Positions 63,860 through 64,000 of a stretch of DNA of 64,000 nt are shown piece after piece; the stretch's first letter is position 1; each line of letters starts with the position of its first letter. The stretch covers positions 68,140,001-68,204,000 of the forward strand of contig NC_086097.1 of the NCBI RefSeq assembly GCF_963921235.1. Direction: 5' to 3'. The stretch is from Mobula hypostoma (taxonomy: Eukaryota). The notes beneath the pieces are model-generated. The model worked only from the letters and a program-made list of their open reading frames with translations, made no database searches and was not told where the DNA came from. Made by a program: the position numbers and the translations under genes.

Positions 63860-64000
63860 GGGGCCACGTAGACCTTCAAGACCACCCACAAGTGACACTG
63901 GTAGGTAATTACCAGGGAGGTCTTTGTCAGGAGCAATACAGCCTGCGGTGATAACCAGTGTCACAAAAAGTATCATGATCTCACATCTCTGGTCAAGAAA

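Noticed and set aside
1..64000. Prokaryotic systems (CRISPR, retron, DGR, operons)
   Set aside because: No regularly spaced repeat-spacer array; all RT motifs belong to vertebrate TE clades and are disrupted

Overview
Eukaryotic, gene-poor vertebrate DNA dominated by nested transposable elements. The repeat repertoire (HE1/V-type SINEs, HER1-like CR1 LINEs, Penelope termini of the 'cctgctgcgttcaccagcaacttttatgtgtgttgcttgaatttccagcatctgcag' type) points to a cartilaginous fish, probably a ray; this is inference from recalled repeat families, not a database result. No intact host protein-coding gene, rRNA, tRNA or CRISPR array is supported, and almost all listed ORFs are TE fragments or antisense frames. 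Main contents: many Penelope-like element (PLE) pieces whose terminal repeat carries a minimal hammerhead-ribozyme motif, including 38-184 bp insertions with their own target-site duplications (TSDs); a degenerate Tc1 transposon; two solo LTRs with 5-bp TSDs; CR1, Rex1/Babar and RTE LINE fragments; a Nimb/I-clade LINE with RNase H; a Gypsy integrase remnant; a possible ERV remnant; and a full-span BEL/Pao provirus (53624-63859) with both LTRs, a TSD and four nested insertions. There is one candidate orphan exon (9623-9680). Boundaries without a TSD are approximate.
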